Shown here: positions 47,267-57,361 of the stretch, one piece after another | Numbering within the stretch: the stretch's first letter is position 1 | Layout of the letters: each line of letters starts with the position of its first letter | Source of the DNA: Alphaproteobacteria bacterium | GTDB lineage: Bacteria > Pseudomonadota > Alphaproteobacteria > UBA11073 | Reading direction: 5' to 3' | DNA: 64,000 nucleotides | Assembly: GCA_965246945.1 (NCBI GenBank) | Contig: CBDFFW010000001.1 | Coordinates: forward strand, 90,796 to 154,795 | Notes under the pieces: generated by a model | The model's input: the letters and a program-made list of their open reading frames with translations, nothing else | Told to the model about the DNA's origin: nothing | The model's database searches: none | Made by a program: the position numbers and the translations under genes

Positions 47267-48103
47267 ATGGCTTTATCATCAATCAACACCAACACTGCAG
47301 CACTCATTGCGCTGCAAGGTTTAAATAACACCAACAATGCGCTAAACACGGTTACCAAACGTATCAATACTGGTTACAATGTTAACGACGCTTTCGACGA
47401 CTCTGCAGTATTTTCGGTAGCCCAAGGGCTGCGCAGCGATGTCAAAGCTCTCGAAACAGTAACTAGTCAGCTATCTAGTGTAACTGGCTTACTGCAAGTC
47501 GCCAATACTGCGGCAACCAGTATTTCAGATGCAACTATTCGTTTGAGATCAACATTGACCAAACTGGCCGATGGAACAGTAACAGGCAGCACGCGGACAG
47601 ATTACGAAAATCAATACGCATCTATCCGTGATGAAATTCAAGGTTACATTTCAAATGCATCCTTCAATGGCATCAACCTGTTAAATTCCAGCACCAGCAT
47701 CAACGTTATTTCTAACCTATCCGGTGGTACCATTACCGTTACTGCACAGGACTTAACTGGCTCTAGTTCAGTATTGGGTTATTTGTCTTCTTCTGCGCCA
47801 AGTGGTGCATCAGCGGCATTGGCTTTCTTAGATGCCACTTCTGGTGCTTTCTACAGCGCACAGAGATCATTAAGCTCAGTTCTAAGCAATATTGGTACAG
47901 CTAACACACGGGTTACCAGTCAGGTAACTTACCTAAAAGCATATTCAGATGCGACTACAACTGGTTTGGGCGCACTTGTGGATGCCGATTTGGCGAAAGA
48001 AAGTGCGAAATTACAATCGCTGCAAATCAAACAGCAATTGGCGTCTCAAACTTTGGGTATTGCCAACCAACAATCTTCTATCTTGTTGTCTTTGTTCAAA
48101 TAG
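47267..48103 (+). CDS. Flagellin (short alphaproteobacterial type)
   Basis: 278 aa. Conserved N-terminal (MALSSINTNTAALIALQGLNNTNNALNTVTKRINTGYNVNDAFDDSAVFSVAQGLRSD) and C-terminal (LQSLQIKQQLASQTLGIANQQSSILLSLFK) helices. The central region is Ser/Thr-rich. Confidence 0.9.
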   Translation: MALSSINTNTAALIALQGLNNTNNALNTVTKRINTGYNVNDAFDDSAVFSVAQGLRSDVKALETVTSQLSSVTGLLQVANTAATSISDATIRLRSTLTKLADGTVTGSTRTDYENQYASIRDEIQGYISNASFNGINLLNSSTSINVISNLSGGTITVTAQDLTGSSSVLGYLSSSAPSGASAALAFLDATSGAFYSAQRSLSSVLSNIGTANTRVTSQVTYLKAYSDATTTGLGALVDADLAKESAKLQSLQIKQQLASQTLGIANQQSSILLSLFK

Positions 48104-48129
48104 ACTGCTGGGTAGTATTCCTTACCATG

Positions 48130-48163
48130 CCCCAGATGGTTCGCCATTTGGGGCTTTATTTTA
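48130..48163 (+). terminator. Rho-independent terminator after the flagellin gene
   Basis: 10-bp stem ccccagatgg/ccatttgggg (one G-T pair), a ttcg tetraloop, then ctttatttta. Confidence 0.75.
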
Positions 48164-48223
48164 GTCATGACCGTGACACGATCTAGAACAGATTGTTAAA
48201 CTCATTATTTTGGGGAGGGCAGA

Positions 48224-48670
48224 ATGCCTTTAAAAATCGAACTTAAACCAGGTGAACGGGCCATTTTAAATGGGGCTGTAATTGAAGGTGCCAGCGATGG
48301 CCGCACCGAATTTGTGGTGCTTAACCGCGCCAGCATTATGCGCCAGCGGCATATTCTGCAGGAAGAAGATGCCAATACACCAGTTAAACGTTTGTATTTC
48401 AGTCTGCAAATTTTGTATATTGAACCGCAGCAGCGCACTTTAAACCAAGAACGCTTTAACCGCTTTTTCAAAGACTTAGAAGAAACATTCACCCTGCCAA
48501 CCGTGCGTTTTGCGCTTGAACAAATTGACGTTTTAATACAGCAAGAAGCCTATTACGAGGCGTTAAAAATTTGCCGCGTGATGATTGAAATAGAAGAAAA
48601 ATTATTAAATTTAGATTTATCGAGCCGTTTGGACATGCCGCCATTTGAACCCGAATTTGAGACCATTTAA
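48224..48670 (+). CDS. flbT: Flagellar biosynthesis repressor FlbT (post-transcriptional regulator of flagellin)
   Basis: 148 aa. MPLKIELKPGERAILNGAVIEG is the characteristic FlbT N-terminus. Confidence 0.8.
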   Translation: MPLKIELKPGERAILNGAVIEGASDGRTEFVVLNRASIMRQRHILQEEDANTPVKRLYFSLQILYIEPQQRTLNQERFNRFFKDLEETFTLPTVRFALEQIDVLIQQEAYYEALKICRVMIEIEEKLLNLDLSSRLDMPPFEPEFETI

Positions 48671-48741
48671 TTTTTTTCAATCAATTTGAGTTATTTTTCT
48701 AATTTTGGCCTGGTTCTTGCTTTAATTAAAGCGAGGGTATT

Positions 48742-50217
48742 ATGGGCGTTAATGTAGATATTTTAACCATTGTGAATTCTGGCCTAAGAGCGTCTCAGAA
48801 TCAGCTCAATGTGATTAGCCAAAACGTCGCAAATGCTTCAACCCCAGGTTATACTCGCAAAAAGTTACCCCAATTTTCTGCAACCGTAGTCGCTTCCGGC
48901 GCTGGGGTCAGCACCGGTATTGTACAGCGAACTGTTAATACCACGATTCAAAACAGTTTACTGCAGCAAGTCACTCAAACTTCTAAATACGACGTTCAGG
49001 AACAGTATTTAAATAGGCTGCAAACGCTGCAAGGCACACCTGATAGTGAACAATCTATCACAGCTGCGCTCAATAAATTGAAAAATGGTTTTGCCAGTCT
49101 TTCGGTTACGCCCAGCGATAGTTTAAGCCAAAGCCAAGTGGTAACTTATGCGCAGCAATATGCCAATCAAGTAAACCAGTTAAGTACTTCCATTCAAAGT
49201 ATGCGTAACGACGCGCAAAACAATATGGCGGATATTGTTAATCAGGTGAATACTCAATTGACCGCAATTGCCACCTTGAATGCCCAAATTACCAATGTGA
49301 AAGCCAGCGGCCAGGATGCCACCAGTTTAGAAGATCAGCGCGATTTAAATATTCAGAATTTATCTCAAAATATGAATATTTCGACTTATAAAGCCGATAA
49401 TACGATCGTTGTGCAAACGGCCAATGGACAGGTATTGGCCGATACTGTCGCCTACCCAATTTCCTTTAATAAAGTAGATTTAAGCGCCACTACAACCGGC
49501 AACCCAATTACCTTAAACGGGGCCAATATCACCAGTTACATTACTGGCGGTAAACTAGGCGGTTTACTGGATCTGCGGGATAACAGTTTGCCAACTGCGC
49601 AAGCAAGGTTGGATGAAATGGCCGAACAAACCGCTGTGCGGTTTAACGAACAGGGTTTAAAATTATTCACCGATAAATCCGGTAATGTACCGTCTAGCAC
49701 AGCCCCGACGAGTGCTCCACCGACCGGCTATCTTGGGTTTAGCGGCCTTATACAGGTTAACACTGCGGTGGTGAGCGATCCCAGCCTGCTGCAAAAAGGC
49801 ACCACGGGCGCGACATCCAATGCGGGGGATGTGACACTGATTAACAATGTGTTAGACTATACATTCGGTGCCAATAAGGATGCATCCAACACGCCACATG
49901 CCAGCTTTAATGCCACCAGTTTGGGGGCAGCGGCAAATTTAAGCAGTAACTTGCCGACCAATACAGATTTATTAACCTACAGCACGCAATTAATCAGCCG
50001 CCAAGCGCAAGAATATAGCGATACCAAAGGCAGTTTAACGACCAGCAAAAGTTATAGCGATGCGCTGCAAACCAAACTGGCCAATGACACGGGCGTGAAT
50101 ATCGATGATGAAATGGCCAATATGTTGCTTTTTCAGCGGGCCTATCAGGCTTCAGCGCAGATGATATCCACAGTAAAAACGATGTTTGATCAACTGGCAG
50201 CGGCAATCGGGAGATAA
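48742..50217 (+). CDS. flgK: Flagellar hook-associated protein 1 FlgK
   Basis: 491 aa. FlgK N-terminal rod-like motif (LRASQNQLNVISQNVANASTPGYTRK). C-terminal helix (MANMLLFQRAYQASAQMISTVKTMFDQL). Confidence 0.85.
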   Translation: MGVNVDILTIVNSGLRASQNQLNVISQNVANASTPGYTRKKLPQFSATVVASGAGVSTGIVQRTVNTTIQNSLLQQVTQTSKYDVQEQYLNRLQTLQGTPDSEQSITAALNKLKNGFASLSVTPSDSLSQSQVVTYAQQYANQVNQLSTSIQSMRNDAQNNMADIVNQVNTQLTAIATLNAQITNVKASGQDATSLEDQRDLNIQNLSQNMNISTYKADNTIVVQTANGQVLADTVAYPISFNKVDLSATTTGNPITLNGANITSYITGGKLGGLLDLRDNSLPTAQARLDEMAEQTAVRFNEQGLKLFTDKSGNVPSSTAPTSAPPTGYLGFSGLIQVNTAVVSDPSLLQKGTTGATSNAGDVTLINNVLDYTFGANKDASNTPHASFNATSLGAAANLSSNLPTNTDLLTYSTQLISRQAQEYSDTKGSLTTSKSYSDALQTKLANDTGVNIDDEMANMLLFQRAYQASAQMISTVKTMFDQLAAAIGR

Positions 50218-50221
50218 ATAA

Positions 50222-51235
50222 ATGGCTTATAATATTGTTTCGGAAAGCGGCCGCTTATTGCAATACGGTTCCCTGTTCAGCATGCTGAACCAGGATTTGC
50301 TGGATACGCAGGCACGCATTGCCACTGGTAAAAAAGCAACAACCTATGGCGGGTTGGGCGCCAGCGATGCGACCCTTTCGCAAAGTTATCGGGCCACCCA
50401 AAGCACGACTGATGTTTATACCAAAGTGATTGCGCAATTAAAAACGCGCACAGACACGATGGATCAGATGATGACGAGTACCAATGACTCGGCAACGTCT
50501 TTCATTGCGACGCTAAAAGGCTTTGGCCGCTCTGCCAATCAAACGAATTTTGCTGGCAATTTTTCACAGCTGCAATCCCAGGCCAAAGGTTTATTGAATG
50601 AACTAACCACCCGTCTTAATATTCAACAAGGCGGCCGCTATTTGTTTTCGGGCGACTTGGTTTCCACAGCGCCAGTAGCAGATAACAATTTGGCAAATAG
50701 CAATATTTCATTGGCAATTGGCAATTATGGTCCTGGCAGCGCCAGTACCGTTATTGGTTATATAAGTGGGCTTACAACCGATCAATTGGGTTATGATACC
50801 AATTTGAAAAATGCCAATGCGGTTAAAACCCGGGTGGAAAATGGTTATGATGCTAACTACGGTGTAAAAGCTGATAATAGCGGTTTTAACGATTTGATTA
50901 AGGGGTTATCAACGATCGCCAATCTGCCATATAATAGTGCTGCGGATAGTGATTTTTGGAGTATTTTTGATAATGCGACCAGCCGTTTAACCACTGGTTC
51001 TCAAGCGTTAAGTACTGCCACGGGCAAATTGGGGGCTACCCGCCAGTTGATTAGCAATATTACGGATCAACACCAACTAACCTTGACCAGTTTGGAAACC
51101 AGTATTTCTGGTGTGGAAGATAGCGATGTCACGCGCGACAGCACCAAAATGTATGCCCTGCAAAACCAATTGCAAGCTGCTTATACCATCACCTCTAAAT
51201 TGACTGGTCTAACCTTACTCAACTACTTAAAATAA
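50222..51235 (+). CDS. flgL: Flagellar hook-associated protein 3 FlgL
   Basis: 337 aa flagellin-like protein, 4 nt after flgK. Flagellin-type terminal helices are present. Confidence 0.75.
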   Translation: MAYNIVSESGRLLQYGSLFSMLNQDLLDTQARIATGKKATTYGGLGASDATLSQSYRATQSTTDVYTKVIAQLKTRTDTMDQMMTSTNDSATSFIATLKGFGRSANQTNFAGNFSQLQSQAKGLLNELTTRLNIQQGGRYLFSGDLVSTAPVADNNLANSNISLAIGNYGPGSASTVIGYISGLTTDQLGYDTNLKNANAVKTRVENGYDANYGVKADNSGFNDLIKGLSTIANLPYNSAADSDFWSIFDNATSRLTTGSQALSTATGKLGATRQLISNITDQHQLTLTSLETSISGVEDSDVTRDSTKMYALQNQLQAAYTITSKLTGLTLLNYLK

Positions 51236-51436
51236 AAATTTAAGAGCGGTTTAATATACCTTTTTATATTTTATAAGAGGCTAATCCCATAGTTAATCAT
51301 AATGGCTTTTCCAAATCTGTATTAACCTCTCATAAATTCTTTTTTGAATAAAATTATTATACAAATATTAGTTTCTGGCCGAATCAAACCAACCATAAAT
51401 TTTTACAATTAATTCCATATTAACACTTCAAAGAAA

Positions 51437-52009
51437 TTATTGCAGCAATGCCTTAAGCCGGCCGGTGCCAGGGGTGGTGACCGCTTTGGCTTGTTGGCTG
51501 TCCATATCGTAAACCACTTTGGTGGCACCGGTTAAAACTTTGCCTTGGCTTTTTATCACCACATGGTCGCCGGTGACCGTAACCAGATTTTTAAGCTTGT
51601 CATAAACCGCTTTATCGCCGGTTAGATCATCGCCGTTTTTGATAATATGCACATGGCCAATTGCCACCATTTGGGAAATTTGCTGTCCGCCACCTGGCCC
51701 ATTACTGCCCAAACCATTATTGGCTGATTTGGCCGGTTTTACTGGCTGGCCATCCGCTGCCGCTTCTTCATAATAAGCGGTTACTTGATCGGCAAATAAT
51801 TCGCTATCGGTTTGGGTGACGTGGACTTCGCCTTCCGCCACATAGCTTTGTGTGTTTTGGTCCCAGCTGAAACTATCGCGCGCGGTAATCTCAACCGGAT
51901 CTTTTGGCGCGCCATTTTTACCTGGCTTGGCTGCGGAACTTTCAGCGGCCAAAACCGGCATTGCCAATAATAGCAGTACCAACAAAAGATTACGGTTGAA
52001 GAATAACAT
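51437..52009 (-). CDS. lptA: LPS transport periplasmic protein LptA (OstA-like N domain)
   Basis: Signal peptide, then an OstA_N-like beta-jellyroll. It overlaps the lptC stop. I chose the start at the Met before the signal peptide. The ORF extends to 52105. Confidence 0.7.
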   Translation of the reverse strand: MLFFNRNLLLVLLLLAMPVLAAESSAAKPGKNGAPKDPVEITARDSFSWDQNTQSYVAEGEVHVTQTDSELFADQVTAYYEEAAADGQPVKPAKSANNGLGSNGPGGGQQISQMVAIGHVHIIKNGDDLTGDKAVYDKLKNLVTVTGDHVVIKSQGKVLTGATKVVYDMDSQQAKAVTTPGTGRLKALLQ

Positions 52010-52538
52010 GCACATGGCCCCGAAAATGAATGATTTGTTGATCCTGCAGATAATCTGCGGTGTTTGATTGAATTTGCATGGTGGGCGTGGCACCCTGCAC
52101 ATCATTTTGCAATTGCACGATATGCTTTTGGGTATCGACCTGCCCTTGCGCGGCCTGCAAATGCAATTGCGAGGTTGAAGCAGTCAGCACGACACCATTA
52201 TTCAAGGCGATTTGCGCCGTTTGTTTGTTATAAATACCTTCGGGTGTGGTAATCGTAATCAACTGCTTATCGTCCTGCGCTTCCAATTTGGCATTTTGCA
52301 AATTCACAATTTGTTGATCGGCACTGTAATTGGCTTTGCTACCGGTGAGCACATGGGTAAATGCCCCTTGTTTGATCACAAACCGCGGGGCGGCCAATTC
52401 ATTCTTCGGTGGCAACGCGGCCAGGATCGGGGGTTCTGCCTTCGGCCAGGCCCAAATAACAGCAGTCAGCACCAGGCCGAGCATCGCCAAAATTAATGTC
52501 CAGCGAAATATAACAACCTGGTGGGTGTAACGCGTCAT
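51990..52538 (-). CDS. lptC: LPS export protein LptC
   Basis: 182 aa. A single N-terminal TM anchor (FRWTLILAMLGLVLTAVIWAW). It sits in the kdsD-lptC-lptA arrangement. Confidence 0.65.
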   Translation of the reverse strand: MTRYTHQVVIFRWTLILAMLGLVLTAVIWAWPKAEPPILAALPPKNELAAPRFVIKQGAFTHVLTGSKANYSADQQIVNLQNAKLEAQDDKQLITITTPEGIYNKQTAQIALNNGVVLTASTSQLHLQAAQGQVDTQKHIVQLQNDVQGATPTMQIQSNTADYLQDQQIIHFRGHVHVILQP

Positions 52539-53545
52539 GCCTGCAAGCCAATTTGCACCAAATCATGCAAATGCAAGGCGCCGATAGGTTGGCGCTCGGC
52601 ATTGACCACAAATAGAACCGTAATTTTAGCATCGCTCATCAAAGCCAGTGCATCTTCCAGCATGGCATCGCCTGTAATGGTTTTAGGCTGGCCAGTCATA
52701 ATGTCAGTAGCGGTTTGGGCGGCCTGCAAATCTTCCAAATGCCGGCGCAAATCACCATCGGTGATAATGCCGATCAACACACCGACCGCGTTTTGCACGC
52801 CAGCGGCCCCTAAACGACCGGCAGTCATGGTGACAATCACGTCATGCAAATTAGCGGTTTCGGCCACCAATGGCAGCGCGTCTTTCTTCATCACATCATG
52901 CACATGCAATAAGCGCTGGCCAAGCTGTCCGCCCGGGTGCATTTTTCGGTAGGCTTCGCGCGTTAGTTCTTTGCGCTGCATCAAATCAACGGCCAATGCA
53001 TCGCCGACCGCCAGCATTAATAACGTGGACGTGGTGGGTGCCAAACCCAGTGGGCAAATTTCCCGTAATTTTGGAATAAGCAGAATATGCGTGGCCGCGC
53101 GGGCCAAAAGCGAATCCGCATGGGCGCAAATGGCAATTAACGGTATTTCCTGGCTATGCGCATAAGCAATTACCCCAGCCAGCTCAGCGGTTTCGCCGGA
53201 ATTTGAGAGGGCGATAATGATATCATCGCCGGTAATCATGCCCAAATCCCCGTGATTGGCTTCGGTGGGATGCACAAAAAAAGCGGGTGTGCCGGTGGAA
53301 GCCAAAGTGGCAGCAATTTTATGACCGATATGACCCGATTTACCGACCCCTGTTACTACCACGCGGCCATAACAATTAGCACATAAATCAAGCGCTGCTT
53401 GCCAGGCATCCGGCTTGAATTGCTGGGCCAGCATTTCCAAAGCCTGCGCGTAACTGCGATACATATCCGTTGGTTGTTGGAGCGGCGCGGCCATTAGATT
53501 GCCATCATAGGCATGCTGCTGGCCGCTGCCAAGAATTGCGTCCAC
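52535..53545 (-). CDS. kdsD: Arabinose-5-phosphate isomerase KdsD/KpsF (SIS plus tandem CBS domains)
   Basis: 336 aa. SIS domain (VVVTGVGKSGHIGHKIAATLASTGTPAFFV) plus C-terminal CBS pair. Confidence 0.85.
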   Translation of the reverse strand: MDAILGSGQQHAYDGNLMAAPLQQPTDMYRSYAQALEMLAQQFKPDAWQAALDLCANCYGRVVVTGVGKSGHIGHKIAATLASTGTPAFFVHPTEANHGDLGMITGDDIIIALSNSGETAELAGVIAYAHSQEIPLIAICAHADSLLARAATHILLIPKLREICPLGLAPTTSTLLMLAVGDALAVDLMQRKELTREAYRKMHPGGQLGQRLLHVHDVMKKDALPLVAETANLHDVIVTMTAGRLGAAGVQNAVGVLIGIITDGDLRRHLEDLQAAQTATDIMTGQPKTITGDAMLEDALALMSDAKITVLFVVNAERQPIGALHLHDLVQIGLQA

Positions 53546-53570
53546 TTAAAAAACTTGGCAGGATCAAACA

Positions 53571-55103
53571 GTGCCCACCCCTAAATTCACGCTTAATTGG
53601 TATGGCGCAGGTATTTCCCTACGGATCTTTGTTATCAATTTGCTGTTTTTAACTTTGGTCGGAGGCGGCGTGATTGCGCTGATGCTCAGCGTTTACAGCA
53701 ATGCGTATGAGGCAGAAAAAAAATTTCTGACCAATGCGCTACAGCAGTTGGATGTCTCCTTGCGCTATTTACGCAGTGATGATCCGCAGCTGAACCGGCA
53801 TTTGCAGCAATGGGGCGTGTTGTTCAGCGATCCGAATTTACTAGCCGAGCTTACTTCCGGTTCTGAAACCATTGCCAGTGTTGCGCCGCTGGCCCCAGTA
53901 CGGCCGAACACCGTGCCGACCATGGATTGGCAAACCAATCTGGCTCTACGTTTATTTCATATCGATCCCAACACCATTTTGCCGGTACCGGATTTAACTT
54001 CGCCCGCCGCCTACCGCCTGTCGCTGGCGCAGCACGATGATGATTTCGTGTTGGTGTTTGCGCGCAATATTATGCTGCAGGACCGCATGGTGCGGCTGCG
54101 CGGTTATATTCCCTTGGAAGAATTAACGCATGCCATTAACTGGATCCGCCAATTAATCGCGCCTGTTTTTTGGTTATTTCTGGTGATCAGCAGTATCCAG
54201 GCCATTTTGCTGGGCCAGATGATCAGCGGCCCGTTGCAGCGCCTGGCGCGCCGCCTGCAATATATCCGGCTGGATCCCAAAGCCAAATTGCTGACCCCTT
54301 CATCGGTCCAGGGCAATAGCGAAATCAGCCTGCTGTACCGGTTTATCCGTGAGATGCTGGAAACCATTCGGGAAAGCAGCCAAACCAATAAAGCGATTAT
54401 TGAAGATTTCATTCATGAAATTAAAAACCCGCTGGCTTCCATTGAAAGCGCTATTCAAAGCATCCGTAAAATTAAAGACCCCGAAAAAAATGCGATGCTG
54501 ATTAAAATTATTGAACATGATTTGCGCCGCATGATCCGTATTTTACATGATGTCGATGCCCTATTTGCCGCTGGTAGTGAAGGCAACACCTATGTCACCA
54601 ATTTTGCCGATGTGCCATTGGTGCCATCGCTGCAGCAAATTGTGAAACACCTAAACCAGCAAGCCACTACGGATGAGAAAAAAGTGCAAATTCGCTATGT
54701 TTATGACCGCGAAATTACCATCCGTGCCAACCAATTTTATTTTGAACAGATGATGATCAATTTACTGACCAATGCGATGTCATTTTCCCCGCCGCATGGT
54801 GAGGTGGTACTGCAAACCATTGCGACCGCCGACGGGCAGCATGTGGATATCATTGTAGATGATTGGGGCACCGGTATTCCGGCCGGTAAACTAGCCAAAG
54901 TGTTTGAACGGTTTTATACCGACCGTGAAAACGCCCCGCGCACTGGCGAAGGTATGTATCATTCCGGCCTCGGCCTCAGCATCGCCAAACAAACCGCAGC
55001 CTCAATGGGCGGCCAAATCTGGGCCGAAAACCGCCTTAACTCCAACAAAAACATCATCGGCGCCCGATTTAATGTGCGACTGCCGGTGGTGGAGAAGAAG
55101 TAA
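53571..55103 (+). CDS. Two-component sensor histidine kinase (two TM helices, periplasmic loop, HisKA plus HATPase_c)
   Basis: 510 aa. H-box (IHEIKNPLASIESAI). G-boxes (DDWGTGIPAGKLAKVFERFYT ... GLGLSIAKQ). No response-regulator gene is adjacent in the window. Confidence 0.8.
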   Translation: MPTPKFTLNWYGAGISLRIFVINLLFLTLVGGGVIALMLSVYSNAYEAEKKFLTNALQQLDVSLRYLRSDDPQLNRHLQQWGVLFSDPNLLAELTSGSETIASVAPLAPVRPNTVPTMDWQTNLALRLFHIDPNTILPVPDLTSPAAYRLSLAQHDDDFVLVFARNIMLQDRMVRLRGYIPLEELTHAINWIRQLIAPVFWLFLVISSIQAILLGQMISGPLQRLARRLQYIRLDPKAKLLTPSSVQGNSEISLLYRFIREMLETIRESSQTNKAIIEDFIHEIKNPLASIESAIQSIRKIKDPEKNAMLIKIIEHDLRRMIRILHDVDALFAAGSEGNTYVTNFADVPLVPSLQQIVKHLNQQATTDEKKVQIRYVYDREITIRANQFYFEQMMINLLTNAMSFSPPHGEVVLQTIATADGQHVDIIVDDWGTGIPAGKLAKVFERFYTDRENAPRTGEGMYHSGLGLSIAKQTAASMGGQIWAENRLNSNKNIIGARFNVRLPVVEKK

Positions 55104-55225
55104 TTTAACTAAATACGCATTTCTAATACATAAGCAGTTTTTTCACTTTTCACTTTCAACTTTGTTTTCTCGCTGAAAGCCCATTAAAATTAATTGATCC
55201 CTATACAACCCTTACTACCAAATAG

Positions 55226-57310
55226 TTGGATGTTTTTCAGGCATTATTTGCGCTTTGGTGGGTGAGTTTGCTAAGCCTAAAGCTTCTGATGACCGCTGCC
55301 GCTTTGCTTGCCAAAATTAATCATGATCCGCTGCATGCGCAGCTTTCGGGGGCTATACGTTTGCTGGCGGTCGATGCGGTGGAGGCGGCCAATTCCGGCC
55401 ATCCTGGCATGCCGCTGGGCATGGCCGATGTGGCCACCGTGCTGTTCCGCGATTTTTTGAAATTTGATGCCAGCAACCCTGAATGGCCGGACCGTGACCG
55501 GTTTATTTTGTCCGCCGGCCATGGCTCGATGCTGCTTTATGCCTTGCTGCATTTAACCGGTTATGCCGAAGTTACGCTCGAGGACATTAAAAAATTTCGT
55601 CAGCTCGGCAGTTTTTGCGCGGGCCATCCGGAACATCACCCCAGCGCTGGGATTGAAACCACCACCGGCCCGCTGGGTCAGGGCCTAGCCAATGGTGTGG
55701 GCATGACGCTGGCCGAGGCGCATCTGGCGGCCCGTTTTGGCGCTGATCTGGTCAATCACTACACCTATGTGATTGCCAGCGACGGCGATTTGATGGAGGG
55801 TATTAGCCACGAAGCGTGCTCACTCGCCGGTCATCTCGGCCTGCATAAACTCGTTGTGCTGTATGATGATAATGGCATCAGCATTGATGGGCCGACCAGC
55901 CTGTCTTTTACCGATAATACCGCCCAGCGCTTTGAAGCCTATGGCTGGGCCGTGCAAAAAATTGATGGGCATGACCCGCAAGCAATTCATGCCGCCATTG
56001 CTAAGGCGCAACAGTCTGATAAGCCATCGCTGATTTGCTGCAACACTACCATCGGTTTAGGTTCGCCTAGCAAAGCGGGCAGCGCCGCGTCGCACGGTTC
56101 GCCATTGGGCGGCGACGATATCAAAGGTCTGCGTGAATATTACACCTGGCCGCATGCCCCGTTTGATGTGCCGGCCGATATTTTAGCCGCGTGGCGCATG
56201 ATTGGTGCGCAAGGGGCAAGTGGCGTGCAAGCATGGCAACAGCGTTACGAACAAGCGGCTAAGCGTGGCGAATTTGATGCGGCATTATCAGGCGAAATTC
56301 CGGCCGGTGCTTTAACTGCTTTGCAGCAATATAAAAAAGATAGCATCGCGAATAAACCGGCCATCGCCACGCGTGCTGCTTCGGGCCAGGTGATCGATGC
56401 GCTGTTGGCGCATCTTCCCGCACTAATTGGTGGTTCGGCCGATTTATCGGGCTCGAACAACACCAAAAGCAAAATCGCCAAAGTGATTAATAAAACCGAT
56501 TACGCCGGTAACTATATCCATTACGGCGTGCGCGAACATGCGATGTGCGCGGCCATGAATGGCATGGCGCTGCATGGTGGTATTATCCCGTATGGTGGTA
56601 CCTTTTTGGTATTTGTAGATTATTGCCGGCATTCGATCCGCCTGGCCGCGCTGATGCAACAACGCGTCATTTTTGTGATGACGCATGATAGCATCGGCGT
56701 GGGCGAAGACGGCCCGACCCATCAACCGATTGAACATCTGGCGTCTTTACGCTGTATTCCCGGCCTGCGCGTGTTCCGCCCGTGCGATCCGGTTGAAGTG
56801 GCCGAAGCCTGGGAACTGGCCCTGCAGCATCCGGGCCCCAGCGTGCTGGTACTCACCCGGCAAAATCTGCCAACCTTGCGGACCGATACCGATAACCAAT
56901 CCGTCAAGGGTGCTTATGTGTTGCGCGACGCGACTGATGCCAAAGTCTGTTTAATGGCTACGGGCTCCGAAGTTTCCCTGGCGATGGCCACCGCCGATAA
57001 ACTTGCCGCGCAGAACATCGCCACCCGCGTGGTCTCTGCCCCCTGCCTAGAAATTTTTGCACAGCAAACGTTAGAATTCCAAGATCGAATTCTTGGAGAT
57101 AATAAAATAGTTCGCGTAGCAATCGAAGCAGCTCATCCTCAAAGTTGGTATAAATGGGCATATCGTTGGGGTAGTCAAAATGGTTTAATTTGCGGTATTG
57201 ATACCTTTGGGGCTTCTGGTCCTTATCAGGATTTATACAAACATTTTGATCTAACTGCAGAGGCAATCAGCGAAAAAATTAAAGCAAGCCGGTTAACTTG
57301 GTTTAATTAA
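55226..57310 (+). CDS. tkt: Transketolase
   Basis: TPP-binding motifs (GHPGMPLGMADV; GDGDLMEGISHEA). Full three-domain length. The true start may be the internal Met at about 55289. Confidence 0.9.
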   Translation: MDVFQALFALWWVSLLSLKLLMTAAALLAKINHDPLHAQLSGAIRLLAVDAVEAANSGHPGMPLGMADVATVLFRDFLKFDASNPEWPDRDRFILSAGHGSMLLYALLHLTGYAEVTLEDIKKFRQLGSFCAGHPEHHPSAGIETTTGPLGQGLANGVGMTLAEAHLAARFGADLVNHYTYVIASDGDLMEGISHEACSLAGHLGLHKLVVLYDDNGISIDGPTSLSFTDNTAQRFEAYGWAVQKIDGHDPQAIHAAIAKAQQSDKPSLICCNTTIGLGSPSKAGSAASHGSPLGGDDIKGLREYYTWPHAPFDVPADILAAWRMIGAQGASGVQAWQQRYEQAAKRGEFDAALSGEIPAGALTALQQYKKDSIANKPAIATRAASGQVIDALLAHLPALIGGSADLSGSNNTKSKIAKVINKTDYAGNYIHYGVREHAMCAAMNGMALHGGIIPYGGTFLVFVDYCRHSIRLAALMQQRVIFVMTHDSIGVGEDGPTHQPIEHLASLRCIPGLRVFRPCDPVEVAEAWELALQHPGPSVLVLTRQNLPTLRTDTDNQSVKGAYVLRDATDAKVCLMATGSEVSLAMATADKLAAQNIATRVVSAPCLEIFAQQTLEFQDRILGDNKIVRVAIEAAHPQSWYKWAYRWGSQNGLICGIDTFGASGPYQDLYKHFDLTAEAISEKIKASRLTWFN

Positions 57311-57361
57311 AAGGCGTTCGTAATAATTGCCATTAGATAGCCAAATTATTAACGTCTATAT

